From NCBI GenBank assembly GCA_963715085.1, contig CAVQQU010000006.1, forward strand, positions 287,906 to 351,905: a stretch of 64,000 nucleotides of DNA, in the 5' to 3' direction. A program made the translations under genes and the position numbers. Under the pieces are notes generated by a model, which saw only the letters and a list, made by a program, of their open reading frames with translations, did not search any database and had not been told where the DNA came from. Position 1 is the stretch's first letter. Each line of letters opens with the position of its first letter. Source of the stretch: an uncultured Chloroflexia bacterium (GTDB lineage: Bacteria > Chloroflexota > Limnocylindria > Limnocylindrales > CSP1-4). This document shows positions 31,818 through 42,646 of this stretch, one piece after another.

Positions 31818-32615
31818 GAGCGGACCTCCGGGACTGGGCGCACCGGGATGCCGGCGACGGCCATCGCCGCTTTGACCGAGGCGATGGAGTGCAGGCGGTG
31901 GTGGAAGATGGAGGCGGCGAGGACGGCCGACGCGTGGCCCTCGACGACGGCAGCCACGAAGTCCGGTGGCCCCGCGGCACCCCCGGACGCCACGACGGGG
32001 ACCGGGACGCGGTCCGCGATCGCCCGCAGCAGCGCGGTGTCGAAGCCCTGCCTGGTGCCATCGCGGTCGATCGAGGTGACGAGCAGCTCGCCGGCGCCCA
32101 GCTCCACGACCCGCTCCGCCCAGGTGATGGCGTCGAGGCCCGTGGCCTCGCGTCCGCCCTTGACGTCGACCTCCCATGCGGGTGGCTCCCCGGGATGCGC
32201 GGGCGACGGCGCGCGGCGCCGCGCGTCGATCGCGACGACGACGGCCTGCGACCCGAAGCGGCGGGCGCAGCGCCTGACGAGGTCGGGGGTCGCGACGGCG
32301 GCCGTGTTGAGTGACACCTTGTCGGCCCCGGCCCGCAGGACGTCGCGCATCTCGGCGGTGGTCCGGACGCCGCCGCCCACCGTCAGGGGCACGAAGGCCC
32401 GGCGCGCCGTCCGCTCGACGACGTCGCGCAGCGTCGCCCGGCCTTCGGGCGCCGCCGTGATGTCGAGGAAGACGATCTCGTCCGCGCCTTCGGCGGCATA
32501 GCGGCTCGGCGAGCTCCGCGGGATCGCCCGCGTCGACGAGATCCAGGAACCGCGTCCCCTTGACGACCCGCCCGCCGGCAACGTCAAGGCAGGGCACGAC
32601 CCGCACGGTCAGCAC
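31814..32615 (-). CDS. hisF: imidazole glycerol phosphate synthase cyclase subunit; 1 frame change near 32510
   Basis: N-terminus [32 protein letters not shown] comes from ORF 31644..32684. The rest is ORF 31814..32587 ([12 protein letters not shown]...PLTVGGGVR...[12 protein letters not shown]...VVVAIDA...[18 protein letters not shown]...PVVASGGAG). Confidence 0.9.
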
Positions 32616-32625
32616 CGGTCGGCCC

Positions 32626-33256
32626 TCACGAGGCGCCCGGCGACGCGAGGGACACGAAGTTGGCGAGGACGACGAGCCCGTCACGACCGCTGCGCTCGGG
32701 ATGGAACTGGAGGCCGGCGAGATTGCCGGACGCCACGGCGCTCACGAACTCGCGCCCGTGCTCGGTCAGCGCCAGGGCGACATCCGCGGTGCGCGGGGCC
32801 GGCCGGGACGGGCGCATAGGAGTGGACGAAGTAGAAGGGAGCATCGGGCGCCACGCCGGCGAAGAGGGGGTGCTCCCGGCGTCGGCGCACGGCGTTCCAG
32901 CCGATGTGCGGCAGACGAGGGGCGTCGACGAGGCGGGCGGTCCGCCCGGCGAGCACGCCGAGCGTCCGCGCGCCGTCCTCGTCGCTGCCGTCGAACAGGA
33001 GCTGCATGCCCAGGCAGATGCCCAGGAAGGGGCGGTCGGCGGCGATCCAGCGCCGGATCGGCTCCACGAGCCCGCGCCGCCGCAGCCGTTCCATCGCGGG
33101 CCGGGCGGCACCGACACCGGGCACGACGAGGGCGTCGGCGCCCACCAGGTCCGCCTCCGCCCGCGCCAGCACGACCTCGGCGCCGGCCGCGCGCAGGGCT
33201 TCGTCGATGCTCACGAGGTTGCCGGCGCCGTAGTCGACGACGGCGATCCGGGTCAC
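32626..33256 (-). CDS. hisH: imidazole glycerol phosphate synthase glutaminase subunit; 1 frame change near 32800
   Basis: [17 protein letters not shown]...[13 protein letters not shown]...[13 protein letters not shown]...LPHIGWN (ORF 32681..33823 frame), then [10 protein letters not shown] (ORF 32626..33117). GTG overlaps the hisB stop (GTGA). Confidence 0.88.
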
Positions 33257-33881
33257 CCGAGGCTGCCCTTCGTGGACGCCACCCCGGCCCGCCGGGGGTC
33301 CGGGCGCGACCGCCACGCGGAGCGCACGACCGAGGGCCTTGAACGCGGCCTCGGCGACGTGATGGTCGTTGCGTCCCGTCGCCCGCAGGTGGAGCGTGGT
33401 TCCCGACGTCCGGGCGAACGCCTCGAGAGCGTGCTCCACGAGCTGCGTCGGCAGCGCCCCGATCCGCTCCCCGCGGAAGGGGACGTCGATGACGGCGTAC
33501 GGCCGCCCGCCGACGTCGAGGACCGCGGTCGCGAGGGCTTCGTCCATCGGCACCGCCGCGTCGCCGAAGCGGCTGATCCCGGCTCGATCGCCGAGCGCCT
33601 CGGCCAGCGCGCTGCCCAGGACGAGGGCGACGTCCTCGACCGTGTGGTGCTCGTCCACCTCGAGGTCGCCCGCCACGCGGACGGCCAGGTCGAAGAGGCC
33701 GTGATGCGCGAATGCTCCGAGCATGTGGTCATAGAAGCCCACGCCGGTGTGGACGTCGGAGGCCCCGGTGCCGTCGAGGTCGAGCGTGAGCGTGATGTCG
33801 GTCTCGCGGGTGCGCCGGCTCAACGTGACGCGGCGCGCTTCGCGCCGATCGACGGAGAGAGCTGCCCAGGGGGGTGGTCAT
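33253..33881 (-). CDS. hisB: imidazoleglycerol-phosphate dehydratase; about 2 frame changes
   Basis: SRRTRETDITLTLDLDGTG...HTGVGFYDHMLGAFAHHGLFDL.V...GDLEVDEHHTVEDVALVLG...GRNDHHVAEAAFKALGRAL. ATG 33881 overlaps the hisC stop (ATGA). The tail comes from ORF 33253..33732. Confidence 0.88.
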
Positions 33882-35031
33882 GGCTTCGGCTCCTCGGCTG
33901 GTGCTGGGTCGTCGACGATGGCGCGCGACCGTCGGGGCGAGCTCGGTGAAGGCGTCGATGAGCAGCCCGTCCTGGGCCTCGTCGCGGACGGTGAACCGGA
34001 GATGCCCGGCGAGGGGGTGGTCCGCCCCGAAGGTCCGCGGAACCAGCCCGCGGGCGAGGAGGCCACTCGCCATCGCCCGGGCCGCGCCGCCGTCCGCCGA
34101 GGTCGACCAGGAGGAAGTTGGTCACCGACGGACGGGCCGGGAACCCGCTCGCGGCGAAGGCGGCGGCAAGGCGGGCCCGCTCGCGCACGATGCGCGCGAC
34201 GTTGGCGGCCGGCGCATCGGGGTCGCGCAGGGCAGCGGCGACGACCGCCACGGACGGGATGCTGACCGAACCCGGCGGACGGTACGGCTCGATCTCCGCG
34301 ATGAGCTCCGGACGCGCAATCGCGAAGCCGACGCGCATCCCGGCGAGGGCGTAGGCCTTCGACGCCGTCCTCACCGTCGACGAGGCGCGGATAGGCGTCG
34401 CGCAGCGCGACGTGCGAGCGGCCGACGAACTCGGCGTACGCCTCGTCGAGGACGACGACGGGCGCGGTCCGCCGCTCGTCGTCGGCGTCGGCCAGCAGCC
34501 CCGCCAGGAGGTCGGCCAGCGCACCGTCCGGCTCCGGCAGCCCGGTCGGGTTGTTCGGGTCGCAGAGCCAGATCAGGGCGGCGTCGCCGGCGGCAGCGCG
34601 GATCGCGGCGGCGTCGAGGGCGTAGCCGCGACGGCCGAGCGCGCGGGACCAGGGCGGCCCGGGCGGGGCGCTGCTCGGTCAGCACGCGGTACATGGCGTA
34701 GGTGGGCGTCGGGATGACGGCGGCGGCGCCCGGTGGGAGGAACGCCTTCGCCAGCAGGTCGAGGATCTCGTCGGCGCCCGCCCCGACGAGGACGTCGCGC
34801 GCCCCGACGCCGTAGCGCGTCGGCCGCCGCCGCACGAGGTCCCGGTAGTCCGACGGCGCGTACTCGGAGATCGCGCGCCCGAAGTCGCCGGCCGCGCAGC
34901 AGGCGCAGGGCGAGGTCCGGCGGTGCCGGGGACGTGTTGAGGTCGAAGCGCACGATCCGCTCGAGCGGGACGCCGTAGCGCTCGGCGACCTGCTCGTCGG
35001 TCGCCTCCCAGGCGTACGCGGTCGGCGGCAT
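33878..35031 (-). CDS. hisC: histidinol-phosphate aminotransferase; about 6 frame changes
   Basis: MPPTAYAWEA...VRFDLNTSP, EYAPSDYRDL...VLVGAGADEILDLLAKAFLPPG..AVIPTPTYAMYRV, VRTASKAYALAGMRVGFAIARPELI, and NFLLVDLG / GHLRFTVRDEAQ, spread across three frames. Confidence 0.8.
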
Positions 35032-35062
35032 CGGAATCGCGCGTCGTGCGCCGGAACCTGGC

Positions 35063-35931
35063 TCATGGGATGAGCTTCTCGATCGGCAGGACGAGGATCC
35101 CGGTGGCTCCGGCGCCCTTGAGGCGGGGCAGAAGGGTCCAGACGTCGTCGGCGCCGACAACGGCGTGGATGGCGATCATCCCGGCGTGGGCGAGGGGGAT
35201 CACCGAGGGTCCGTCGAGGCCGGGCAGCAGCGCCTCGAGGTCGCCGAGCCGCTCCACCGGCGCGTTCATCATCAGGTACTTGCGGCGCCGGCCTTCCAGC
35301 ACTGCTCCCAGCATCGTGCTCAGCCGGTCAACGTCCTCGGCGCGCTCTGCCAGGGCCAGCGGCGTTTCCCACCAGGAGCGCCTCCGAGGCGAGGAGGTCA
35401 CCGATCGAGCGAAGCCCGTTGCGTGGCCATGGTCGTCCCGGTCGACACGAGGTCGACCACCGCCTCGGCGAGCCCGAGGCGTGGCGCAACCTCGACGGCG
35501 CCGGACAGCGAGATGACCTGTACCGGGATGGAGCGATCCGTCGAACCAGCGCCGGGTTGCCCGCGGGATGGGACGTGGCGATGCGGAGGCCCGCGAGATC
35601 CTCGACCCGTTGCGCGAGCGCATCCCGGGGCACCGCGGCCGATCAGGCGGCAGCGGCCGTAGCCGAGGCGGCGGACGATGGGGAGGTCCTCCTCGGATTC
35701 GGCCAGCAGGTCGGCACCGGTGATCCCCAGATCGGCGACGGCGTCGCGCACGAACTCGACGACGTCGTTCGTGCGGACGAAGAGGATGTCGAGGTCGACG
35801 TTCTCGACCCGGCTCACGAGGCTGCGATCGCGCTCCTCGAACTGGAGGCCGGCGTCGTGCAGCAGGCGCAGGGTGGGCTCGACCAGCCGGCCCTTGTTGG
35901 GAACCGCGAGGGTCATCCGCCGCTGGCTCAT
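35063..35931 (-). CDS. hisG: ATP phosphoribosyltransferase, long form with C-terminal regulatory domain; about 4 frame changes
   Basis: MTLAVPNKGRLVEPTLRLLHDAGL...LDILFVRTNDVVEFVRDAVADLGITGADLL, GLRIATSHP, and LSGAVEVAPRLGLAEAVVDLVSTGTT. The HisG_C tail is KYLMMNAPVERL..LLPGLDGPSVIPLA...AIHAVV..DDVW..LPRLKGAGATGILVLPIEKLIP. Confidence 0.85.
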
Positions 35932-35939
35932 CGGTCGCG

Positions 35940-36283
35940 CATCCGCCGCGTGGACCGGCGCCTCCGGGTAGACCGGTGCGTCGTCGCGGCTGCGAGCCTT
36001 CGCGAGGGCGGCGCGGTAGCCACCCTCCCCGTGGTTGAGCCACGACGCGATCCGGGTGATCGTCGCCGTGCTCGCGCCCGTCCGCCGCGAGATGTCGGAG
36101 TAGTGGAGGCCCGTCGTCGAGCAGGCGGACCACGGCCCAGCGCTGGGCCAGGTCGCGGAGCTCGCCGAGCGTGCACAGGTCGCGCATGAAGGCCGCCGCC
36201 TCGGCCTCGCTCTCCAGGTCGAGGAGGGCATCGAGGAGCGCGTCAGTGTCGGGGCTGCGCCAGTCGTCCGGGCGGGGCTGCAT
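35940..36283 (-). CDS. YerC/YecD-family TrpR-like DNA-binding protein (candidate histidine regulator); 1 frame change near 36110, stop not identified
   Basis: MQPRPDDW...LLDLESEAEAAAFMRDLCTLGELRDLAQRWAVVRLLDDG (ORF 35063..36283), then HYSDISRRTGASTATITRIASWLNHGEGGY (ORF 35398..36231). This closely resembles B. subtilis YerC (CT..E...L.QR..V...L....Y..I...TGASTATISRV...L..G..GY). Confidence 0.75.
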
Positions 36284-36347
36284 CGGGTTCAGGGCCTCGT
36301 TGATGGTCTGGTGGCGTATTAGCGTGCTACAATGCTATCATAGCACC
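36284..36347. promoter_or_regulatory. divergent yerC-like/hisA control region: AT-rich, with -10-like boxes and an inverted repeat
   Basis: TACAAT lies at 36328-36333, preceded by TGC (extended -10 like). TATCAT at 36336-36341 lies 6 nt before ATG 36348. The inverted repeat is GTGCTA (36324-36329) / TAGCAC (36341-36346). Confidence 0.4.
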
Positions 36348-37125
36348 ATGACTCAGCGCAAGCCCGCGATCCAGGCGTCGCTTCGACCTCCTGCCGGCCG
36401 TCGACCTGCACGCGCGGCGCGGTCGTGCGCCTCGTGCGCGGCGACTTCCGCGAGGTGACGGCCTACCGGGATGACCCCGTCGGCGGTGGCAGAGGCGCTT
36501 CGTCCGACGCGGGCGCGCGGTGGCTCCACGTGGTCGACCTCGACGGCGCCCGCGATCCGGCAGCGCGACAGGTGGAGGTGGTCGCCGCCGATCGTGGCCG
36601 GGGTGGGGGAGTCGGCCCGGGTCGAGGTCGCCGGGCGGGCTGCGCGACGACGACAGCGTGGCGGCGATGCTGGATGCGGGCGCGGCCCGCGTCGTGGTCG
36701 GGACGGCGGCCCTCGCGGACGCCGGCCTTCGTGCGGCGGCTCGTGGCCCGCCACGGGCGCGGACCGTGTCGCGGTGGCCCTCGACGTCCGCGAGCGGCTC
36801 GCGATCGGCCACGGATGGGTGCCGGGCTGCGCCGGGGGTGCCCGTGGAGGAGGCGTGCGATGCCCTCGCGGACTGCGGGCGTCGAGACCTTCGAGGTCAC
36901 GGCGATCGAGCGCGACGGGACGATGGCCGGTCCCGACCTCGCGCTCCTCGGGCGCGTCGTGGAGATCGGGCGCGGCGCGATCATCGCCTCCGCCGGGATC
37001 GCGACAACGAACGACCTGCGGGCCGTGCGCGCGCTCGGCTGCGCCGGCGCGATCGTGGGCCGTGCCCTCTACGAAGGGCGCGTTCACGCTGCGAGGAGGC
37101 GCTGCGATCCCTCGAGGCGACTGAG
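36348..37125 (+). CDS. hisA: 1-(5-phosphoribosyl)-5-[(5-phosphoribosylamino)methylideneamino]imidazole-4-carboxamide isomerase (HisA/PriA-type); about 6 frame changes, 3' end approximate
   Basis: FDLLPAVDL, VRLVRGDF, WLHVVDLDGA, VEVAGGLRDDDSVAAMLDAGAARVVVGTAAL, DRVAVALDV, VETFEVTAIERDGTMAGPDL, and IIASAGIAT..DL.A....G..GAIVGRALYEGR, spread over three frames. Confidence 0.8.
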
Positions 37126-37146
37126 CTGGACGGCGAGAGCGGCCGG

Positions 37147-39239
37147 TCAGTGGCCGGCGGCCTCGAGCTCCTTCTTGTGCGCCTCGATCACCTTCTCGGC
37201 GAGGTGGGCGGGAACGTCCTCGTAGTGGTCGAGCGTCGCGCTGAACGTGCCCCGCCCACCGGTGAGCGAGCGCAGCTCGGTGGCGTAGCTGAAGAGCTCG
37301 GCCTGGGGCACGGTCGCGGTGATCACCTGCATCCCGTCGCCGACGACGTCCATCCCCAGGACCCGGCCGCGGCGGCCGTTCAGGTCGCGGTTGACGTCGC
37401 CCATGAACCGCTCGGGAACGCGGATCTCCACGCTCATGATCGGCTCCTGGAGGACCGGCTTGCAGTCCATGACGCCCTTGCTGGAGGGCCATGGAGGCCG
37501 CGAGCTGGAACGAGAGGTCGTTGGAGTCGACGGTGTGGAACGAGCCGTCGTAGAGCGTCGCCTTGAAGTCGATGAGCGGATAGCCCGCCAGGATCCCCTC
37601 GGCCGCGGCGGCGCGGACACCCTTCTCCACGCCCGGGAAGAAGTTCTTGGGAACGGTCCCGCCGACGACCTTCTCGGCGAAGACGACCCCACCCTCGGGG
37701 TTGGGCTCGATGGTCAAGCCAGACATGACCGAACATGCCGTGGCCGCCGGTCTGCTTCTTGTACTTCCCCTCGACCTGGGTCGTGCCCCGGATCGTCTCC
37801 CGGTACGGAATCCGCGGGGTGTGGGTGGCGATCGCGGAGCCGAACTTGCGCTTGAGGCGCTCGGTGATGACCGCGATCTGGGTCTCGCCCATGGTGACCA
37901 GCAGCTGCTCGCCGGTGGCGCTGCGCTCGACGCGGGCCGACGGCTCCTCCTCGAGCATCCGCTGGAGGGCCGGCGCCCATCTTGTCGAGGTCGGCCTTGG
38001 TCTGGGGCTCGATGGCCACGACGAGCGTCGGTGTCGGGTACTCGGGGCGATCGAGGACGAAGGGCCGTTCCTTCGTGGAGAGGGTGTCGCCCGTGGCCGT
38101 CGTGGAGAGCTTGGCGACCGCGCCGATCTCGCCGGCCCTGAGCTCGCCGACCGGCTCCTGCTCCTTGCCGTGAAGCCGGAGGAGCTGGCCGACCCGCTCG
38201 TCCTCGCCCTTCTCGGCGTTCCAGGCGTGGGCCTGGCTGCGGAGCGTGCCCGAGAGGACGCGCATGTAGGTCAGCCGGCCGACGAACGGGTCGGCGGTCG
38301 TCTTGAAGACGCGCACCAGGAGGGGTCCGGCGGCATCGGGCGCGACCTCGACCGGATCGCCGCTCTTCGGATCGCGGGCGACGGTCGGCGGTTCCTCGGC
38401 CGGCGTCGGCAGGTAGCGGACGATCGCGTCGAGGAGTCCCCGCAGGCCGATCCCCTTGGTCGCGCTGGCGACGAGGACCGGCGCGAGGATCGAGTCGCGG
38501 ACGCCGCGATGCAGGCAGGCATCGAGCTCCGCGTCGCGTGATCTCCTCGCCCTCGAGGTACTTCGTCAGGACGTCGTCGTCGGCCTCGGCGGCCGCCTCG
38601 AGGAGCTGGTCGCGGCGCAGTCGCGACCTCGGCCTCGAGCTCGGCCGGGATCGCGATCTCGACCTCCTGCTTGCCGTCCCAGCGGTAGGCCTTGCGATGG
38701 ACGAGGTCGACGTAGCCGCTGAAGGCCTCGGCCTTGCCCATGGCGAGCTGGAGTGGCGCGATCTTGGTGCCGAAGGCGTCGCGCAGGGCGTCGAGGACGG
38801 CGGCCGGGTCGGCGTTCTCGCGGTCGCACTTGTTGACGACGAAGAGGGTCGCGGTCCGGTTGCGCCGCGCCAGGGCAACGGCGAGCTCCGTGCCGGCCTC
38901 CACCCCGCCGGTCGCGTCGACGCAGATCAGCGAGGAGTCCACGGCCTGGTACGCCGACACGACCTCGGCCGCGAAGTCCGGGTAGCCGGGCGTGTCGACG
39001 ATCGTGACGAGGTTGCCCTCGTCGTCGAGCGAGGCGACGGCGAGCGAGAGCGACATGTGCCGCTTCTGCTCCTCGGGCTCGAAGTCGAGCGTGGTCGTGC
39101 CGTCCTCGACGCGACCCTGGCGCGAGATCGCCCCGGTCCGGTACAGCAGGGCTTCGGCCAGCGTCGTCTTGCCCGCGCCGGCGTGGCCGGCCAGGACGAC
39201 GCTGCGGAGGTGGGCGGTGTCGACGCTCTTCGTGGTCAT
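37147..39239 (-). CDS. elongation factor G paralogue (EF-G-like GTPase; catalytic His replaced by Tyr); about 6 frame changes
   Basis: G1 is [11 protein letters not shown]3 is DTPGYPDF (Tyr codon at 38982-38984). G4 is NKCDRE. Domain II is [22 protein letters not shown]. Domains IV and V are [13 protein letters not shown] and [36 protein letters not shown]...[21 protein letters not shown]. Confidence 0.85.
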
Positions 39240-39366
39240 CGGTGCGATGGAACCTCGTGGTGCGGGCGGAGGCCCGTGGTGGACGTCGTCGTGCGGGACC
39301 CGGTGGCGCTGGAAGCCCGGCCGGGCCCGGCGTTCCGAGCATGATAGTCCGCTATACTCCGCCCCG

Positions 39367-40118
39367 ATGTCCGGTCACTCGAAATGGTCCCAGATCAAGC
39401 GCGACAAGGGCGTCAACGACGTCAAGCGCGGCGCCATCTTCACCAAGATGGGGCGCGAGATCGCGCTCACGGCCCGGGCCGGCGGCGGCGATCCCGACGG
39501 CAACTTCCGGCTCCGCCTGGCGATCGAGAAGGCCCGCGCGGCCAACATGCCGCTCGACACGATCAAGCGCGCCATCGAGAAGGCGACCGGCGGGCGGCGA
39601 GGGCGTCCAGTACGAGGAGATCGTCTACGAGGGCTACGGCCCCGGGGGCGTCGCGGTCCTCGTCGAGGCGGCCACCGACAACCGGAACCGGACGGTCGCC
39701 GAGGTCCGCTCCATCTTCACCAAGGCCGGCGGCCAGCTGGCCGCGCTCGGGGCGGTCGCCTGGCAGTTCGAGCAGCGCGGCGTGATCTCCGTGGCGCGCG
39801 CGGGGTCCGACCCCGACGAGGTCGCGCTCCTCGCCATCGATGCCGGCGCGAGCGACGTCGAGACATCCACCGACCCCCTCGAGATCTACACCGAGCCGGG
39901 CGACCTCGAGGCGGTCCAGGCGGCCCTGGTGCGCGCCGGCGTCGCGATCGAGTCGGCCGAGGCGGCGATGATCGCGAAGCAGACCCATGGCCGTCGACGC
40001 GTCGCGCGCCCGCCAGAACCTGCGCCTCGTCGAGCACCTCGAGGACCTCGACGACGTCCAGCGGGTGACGAGCAACCTCGAGCTGACCGACGAGATCCTG
40101 GCCGAGGTCGCCGGGTGA
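39367..40118 (+). CDS. yebC: YebC/PmpR-family DNA-binding regulator; 2 frame changes
   Basis: [72 protein letters not shown], then [41 protein letters not shown], then [15 protein letters not shown]. Confidence 0.9.
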
Positions 40119-40805
40119 TCGTCCTCGGGATCGACCCGGGAACCGCCTCGCTGGGCTACGGCCTCGTCGAACGGACGGGGAGCCGGCTGCGGGCCGTCGA
40201 CTTCGGGGTCTTCCACACCGGCGCGGACCTGCCGCTCGCCGAGCGGCTCCTCGCCATCCACCTGTTCCTCGAGGATCTCATCGAGCTGCACGGGCCCACG
40301 CTCGTCGGGGTGGAGCGGATCTTCCATTCCCGCAACGTCCAGACCGCGCTCGCCGTGGGCCATGCGCGCGGCGTCGTCCTGCTGGCCGCCGCGTCCCACG
40401 GGCTCGAGGTCCGCGAGGCGACGCCGTCCGAGGTGAAGATCGCCGTCACCGGGTACGGGGCGGCCGAGAAGGGCCAGGTCGGGCGGATGGTCCAGGTCAT
40501 CCTCGGGCTCCCGGAGCCGCCCCAGCCGGACGATGCCGCCGACGCCCTCGCCATCGCGATCTGGACCGCCAACCGCGAGCGGCCGGGCGAGCGGATCAAC
40601 GCCGGCATCCTCGACCGCGCGGCGGCCGCGCCCCGGCCGCTCGGGGGAGACGCCGTACGAGCGCGCCGTCCGTGACGCCCTGGACCGCGAGGAGCGGATG
40701 CTGGAGGAGTGGGACGGCACTGCCTGGAGCAGCGGGACCGCGCGGAACGCGCGCCCGCCCGCCCGGCGCTCCCGCAGCGCAGCCCGCCCCGACCGCGTCG
40801 GATGA
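40115..40805 (+). CDS. ruvC: crossover junction endodeoxyribonuclease RuvC; 1 frame change near 40640
   Basis: [19 protein letters not shown]...[30 protein letters not shown]...[24 protein letters not shown]...L.....[18 protein letters not shown] overlaps the yebC stop. The stop 40803-40805 overlaps the ruvA ATG. Confidence 0.88.
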
Positions 40806-41411
40806 TCGCCTCGGTCGACGGGCCAGGTCGCGAGCGTCGCCGCCGACAGCCTCGTCCTCGAGGTCGGGGGGATCGGCTACCGGGTCTTCGCCGCGCCGGC
40901 GGTGCTCGCCGACCGCCGAGCCCGGGAAGCGGCTCAAGCTCCACACCCACCACCTCGTCCGGGAGGACCTGCAGGCCCTCTACGGGTTCCGGACGGCGGA
41001 CGAGCTCGGGCTTCTTCGGGCTCCTCCTGACGGTGACCGGGGTCGGACCCAAGGTGGCGCTCGGGATCGTCGGCAGCCGCCCGGTGGCCGACCTGCAGCT
41101 CGCGATCCTCGCCGGCGACGAGGCCGTCCTGACCTCCATCAGCGGCGTGGGCAAGCGGCTCGCCGGGCCGGATCATCCTGGAGCTGCGCGAGAAGGTCGC
41201 CGCGGCCGGCACCGCAGCGACGGCGGCCGACGGGCCGCGCGGCGCCCACGGGCCGACCGAGGGCGAGGTCGTGGCCGCGCTGCAGGCGCTCGGCTACACG
41301 CTCGCCGAGGCCCGGGAGGCGGCGCGGGCGGCCAGTGCGGCCGCGCCCGGGGCGACGCTCGAGGACCGGGTCAAGGCCGCCCTCCGGGCCATCTCCGGTG
41401 GCACCGCCTGA
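40802..41411 (+). CDS. ruvA: Holliday junction DNA helicase subunit RuvA; about 3 frame changes
   Basis: MIASVDG, SLVLEVGGIGYRVF, LHTHHLVREDLQALYGF, LLTVTGVGPKVALGIV, and SISGVGKRLA. The C-terminal domain is VVAALQALGYTLAEAREA. Confidence 0.8.
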
Positions 41412-41499
41412 CGGGCGCGAGCCTGCCCGATGACGCGGTCGACGGGCGTTCGAACATCCGTGCGAAACATGGGCGTGTCCCGTGCTAGACTCGCGGCCG

Positions 41500-42638
41500 A
41501 TGACCGACGGCTCCGGATTCCTCGCGGCCGACCTCGTCGACGAGACCGAGGTGGCGGTCGAGCGCTCGCTGCGGCCGCGCAGCCTCGACGAGTACCTGGG
41601 CCAGCGCGAGGTCAAGGCCGGCCTCTCGGTGCTCCTGACCGCAGCGCGCCAGCGCGGGCGAGGCGGCGGACCACGTCCTCCTGCACGGACCGCCCGGGCT
41701 CGGCAAGACGACGCTCGCCACGATCATCGCGCGCGAGCTCGGCGTGACGATCCGGTACACGTCGGGCCCGGCGATCGAGCGGGCAGGGGACCTGGCCGCG
41801 ATCCTGACCTCGCTCGACGAGCGCGACGTCCTCTTCATCGACGAGATCCACCGGCTCAACCGGGCCGTGGAGGAGATCCTCTACCCGGCGATGGAGGACT
41901 ACGCCCTCGACGTGATGATCGGCAAGGGGCCGTCGGCGCGGTCGCTCCGCCTGACGCTCCGGCCGTTCACGATCGTGGGCGCGACCACGCGCGCCGGGCG
42001 GATCAGCGGCCCGCTGCGGGACCGGTTCGGGGCCGTCTACCGCCTCGACTTCTACGCCGACGACGACCTCGTGGCGATCGTGCGGCGCTCGGCCCGGATC
42101 CTGGGCATCGAGGTGTCGGACGAGGCCGCCGTGGCCATCGCCGGCCGCGCCCGGGCCACCCCGCGCATCGTGAACCGGCTCCTGCGGCGCGTCCGCGACC
42201 ACGCCGAGGTCCACGGCGACGGCCGGATCAGCCTGGCGTCGGTGGAGGAGGCGATGGGCGTCCTGGAGATCGACGCCCTCGGCCTCGACGCCACCGATCG
42301 CCGGCTCCTCGCGGCCATCATCCAGAAGTTCGGCGGCGGCCCCGTCGGGGTGGCGGCGCTCGGGGCGGTCCTGGCCGAGGAGACGAGACGGTCGAGGACG
42401 TCTACGAGCCGTTCCTGCTGCGGATCGGGTTCCTGGACCGGACGCCGCAGGGCCGGGTTGCCACGGACCGGGCCCGCGCCCACCTGGCGGCGCTGGGCTA
42501 CGAGATCCCGCCGCGCCGCGCCGAGCGCGAGCCGTCGCTCTGGGAGGCGCCCGGCGCGGCTGACGGGCACCCCGGCCGGCGCACCAGGACGGCCCGGAGG
42601 GCGCGCTCGACGCGGCCCCGGCTGCCCCGGAGGCCTGA
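41500..42638 (+). CDS. ruvB: Holliday junction DNA helicase RuvB; about 3 frame changes, 3' end uncertain
   Basis: [31 protein letters not shown] (Walker A), [10 protein letters not shown] (Walker B), [54 protein letters not shown], and [25 protein letters not shown]. Confidence 0.88.
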
Positions 42639-42646
42639 GCTCGCCC

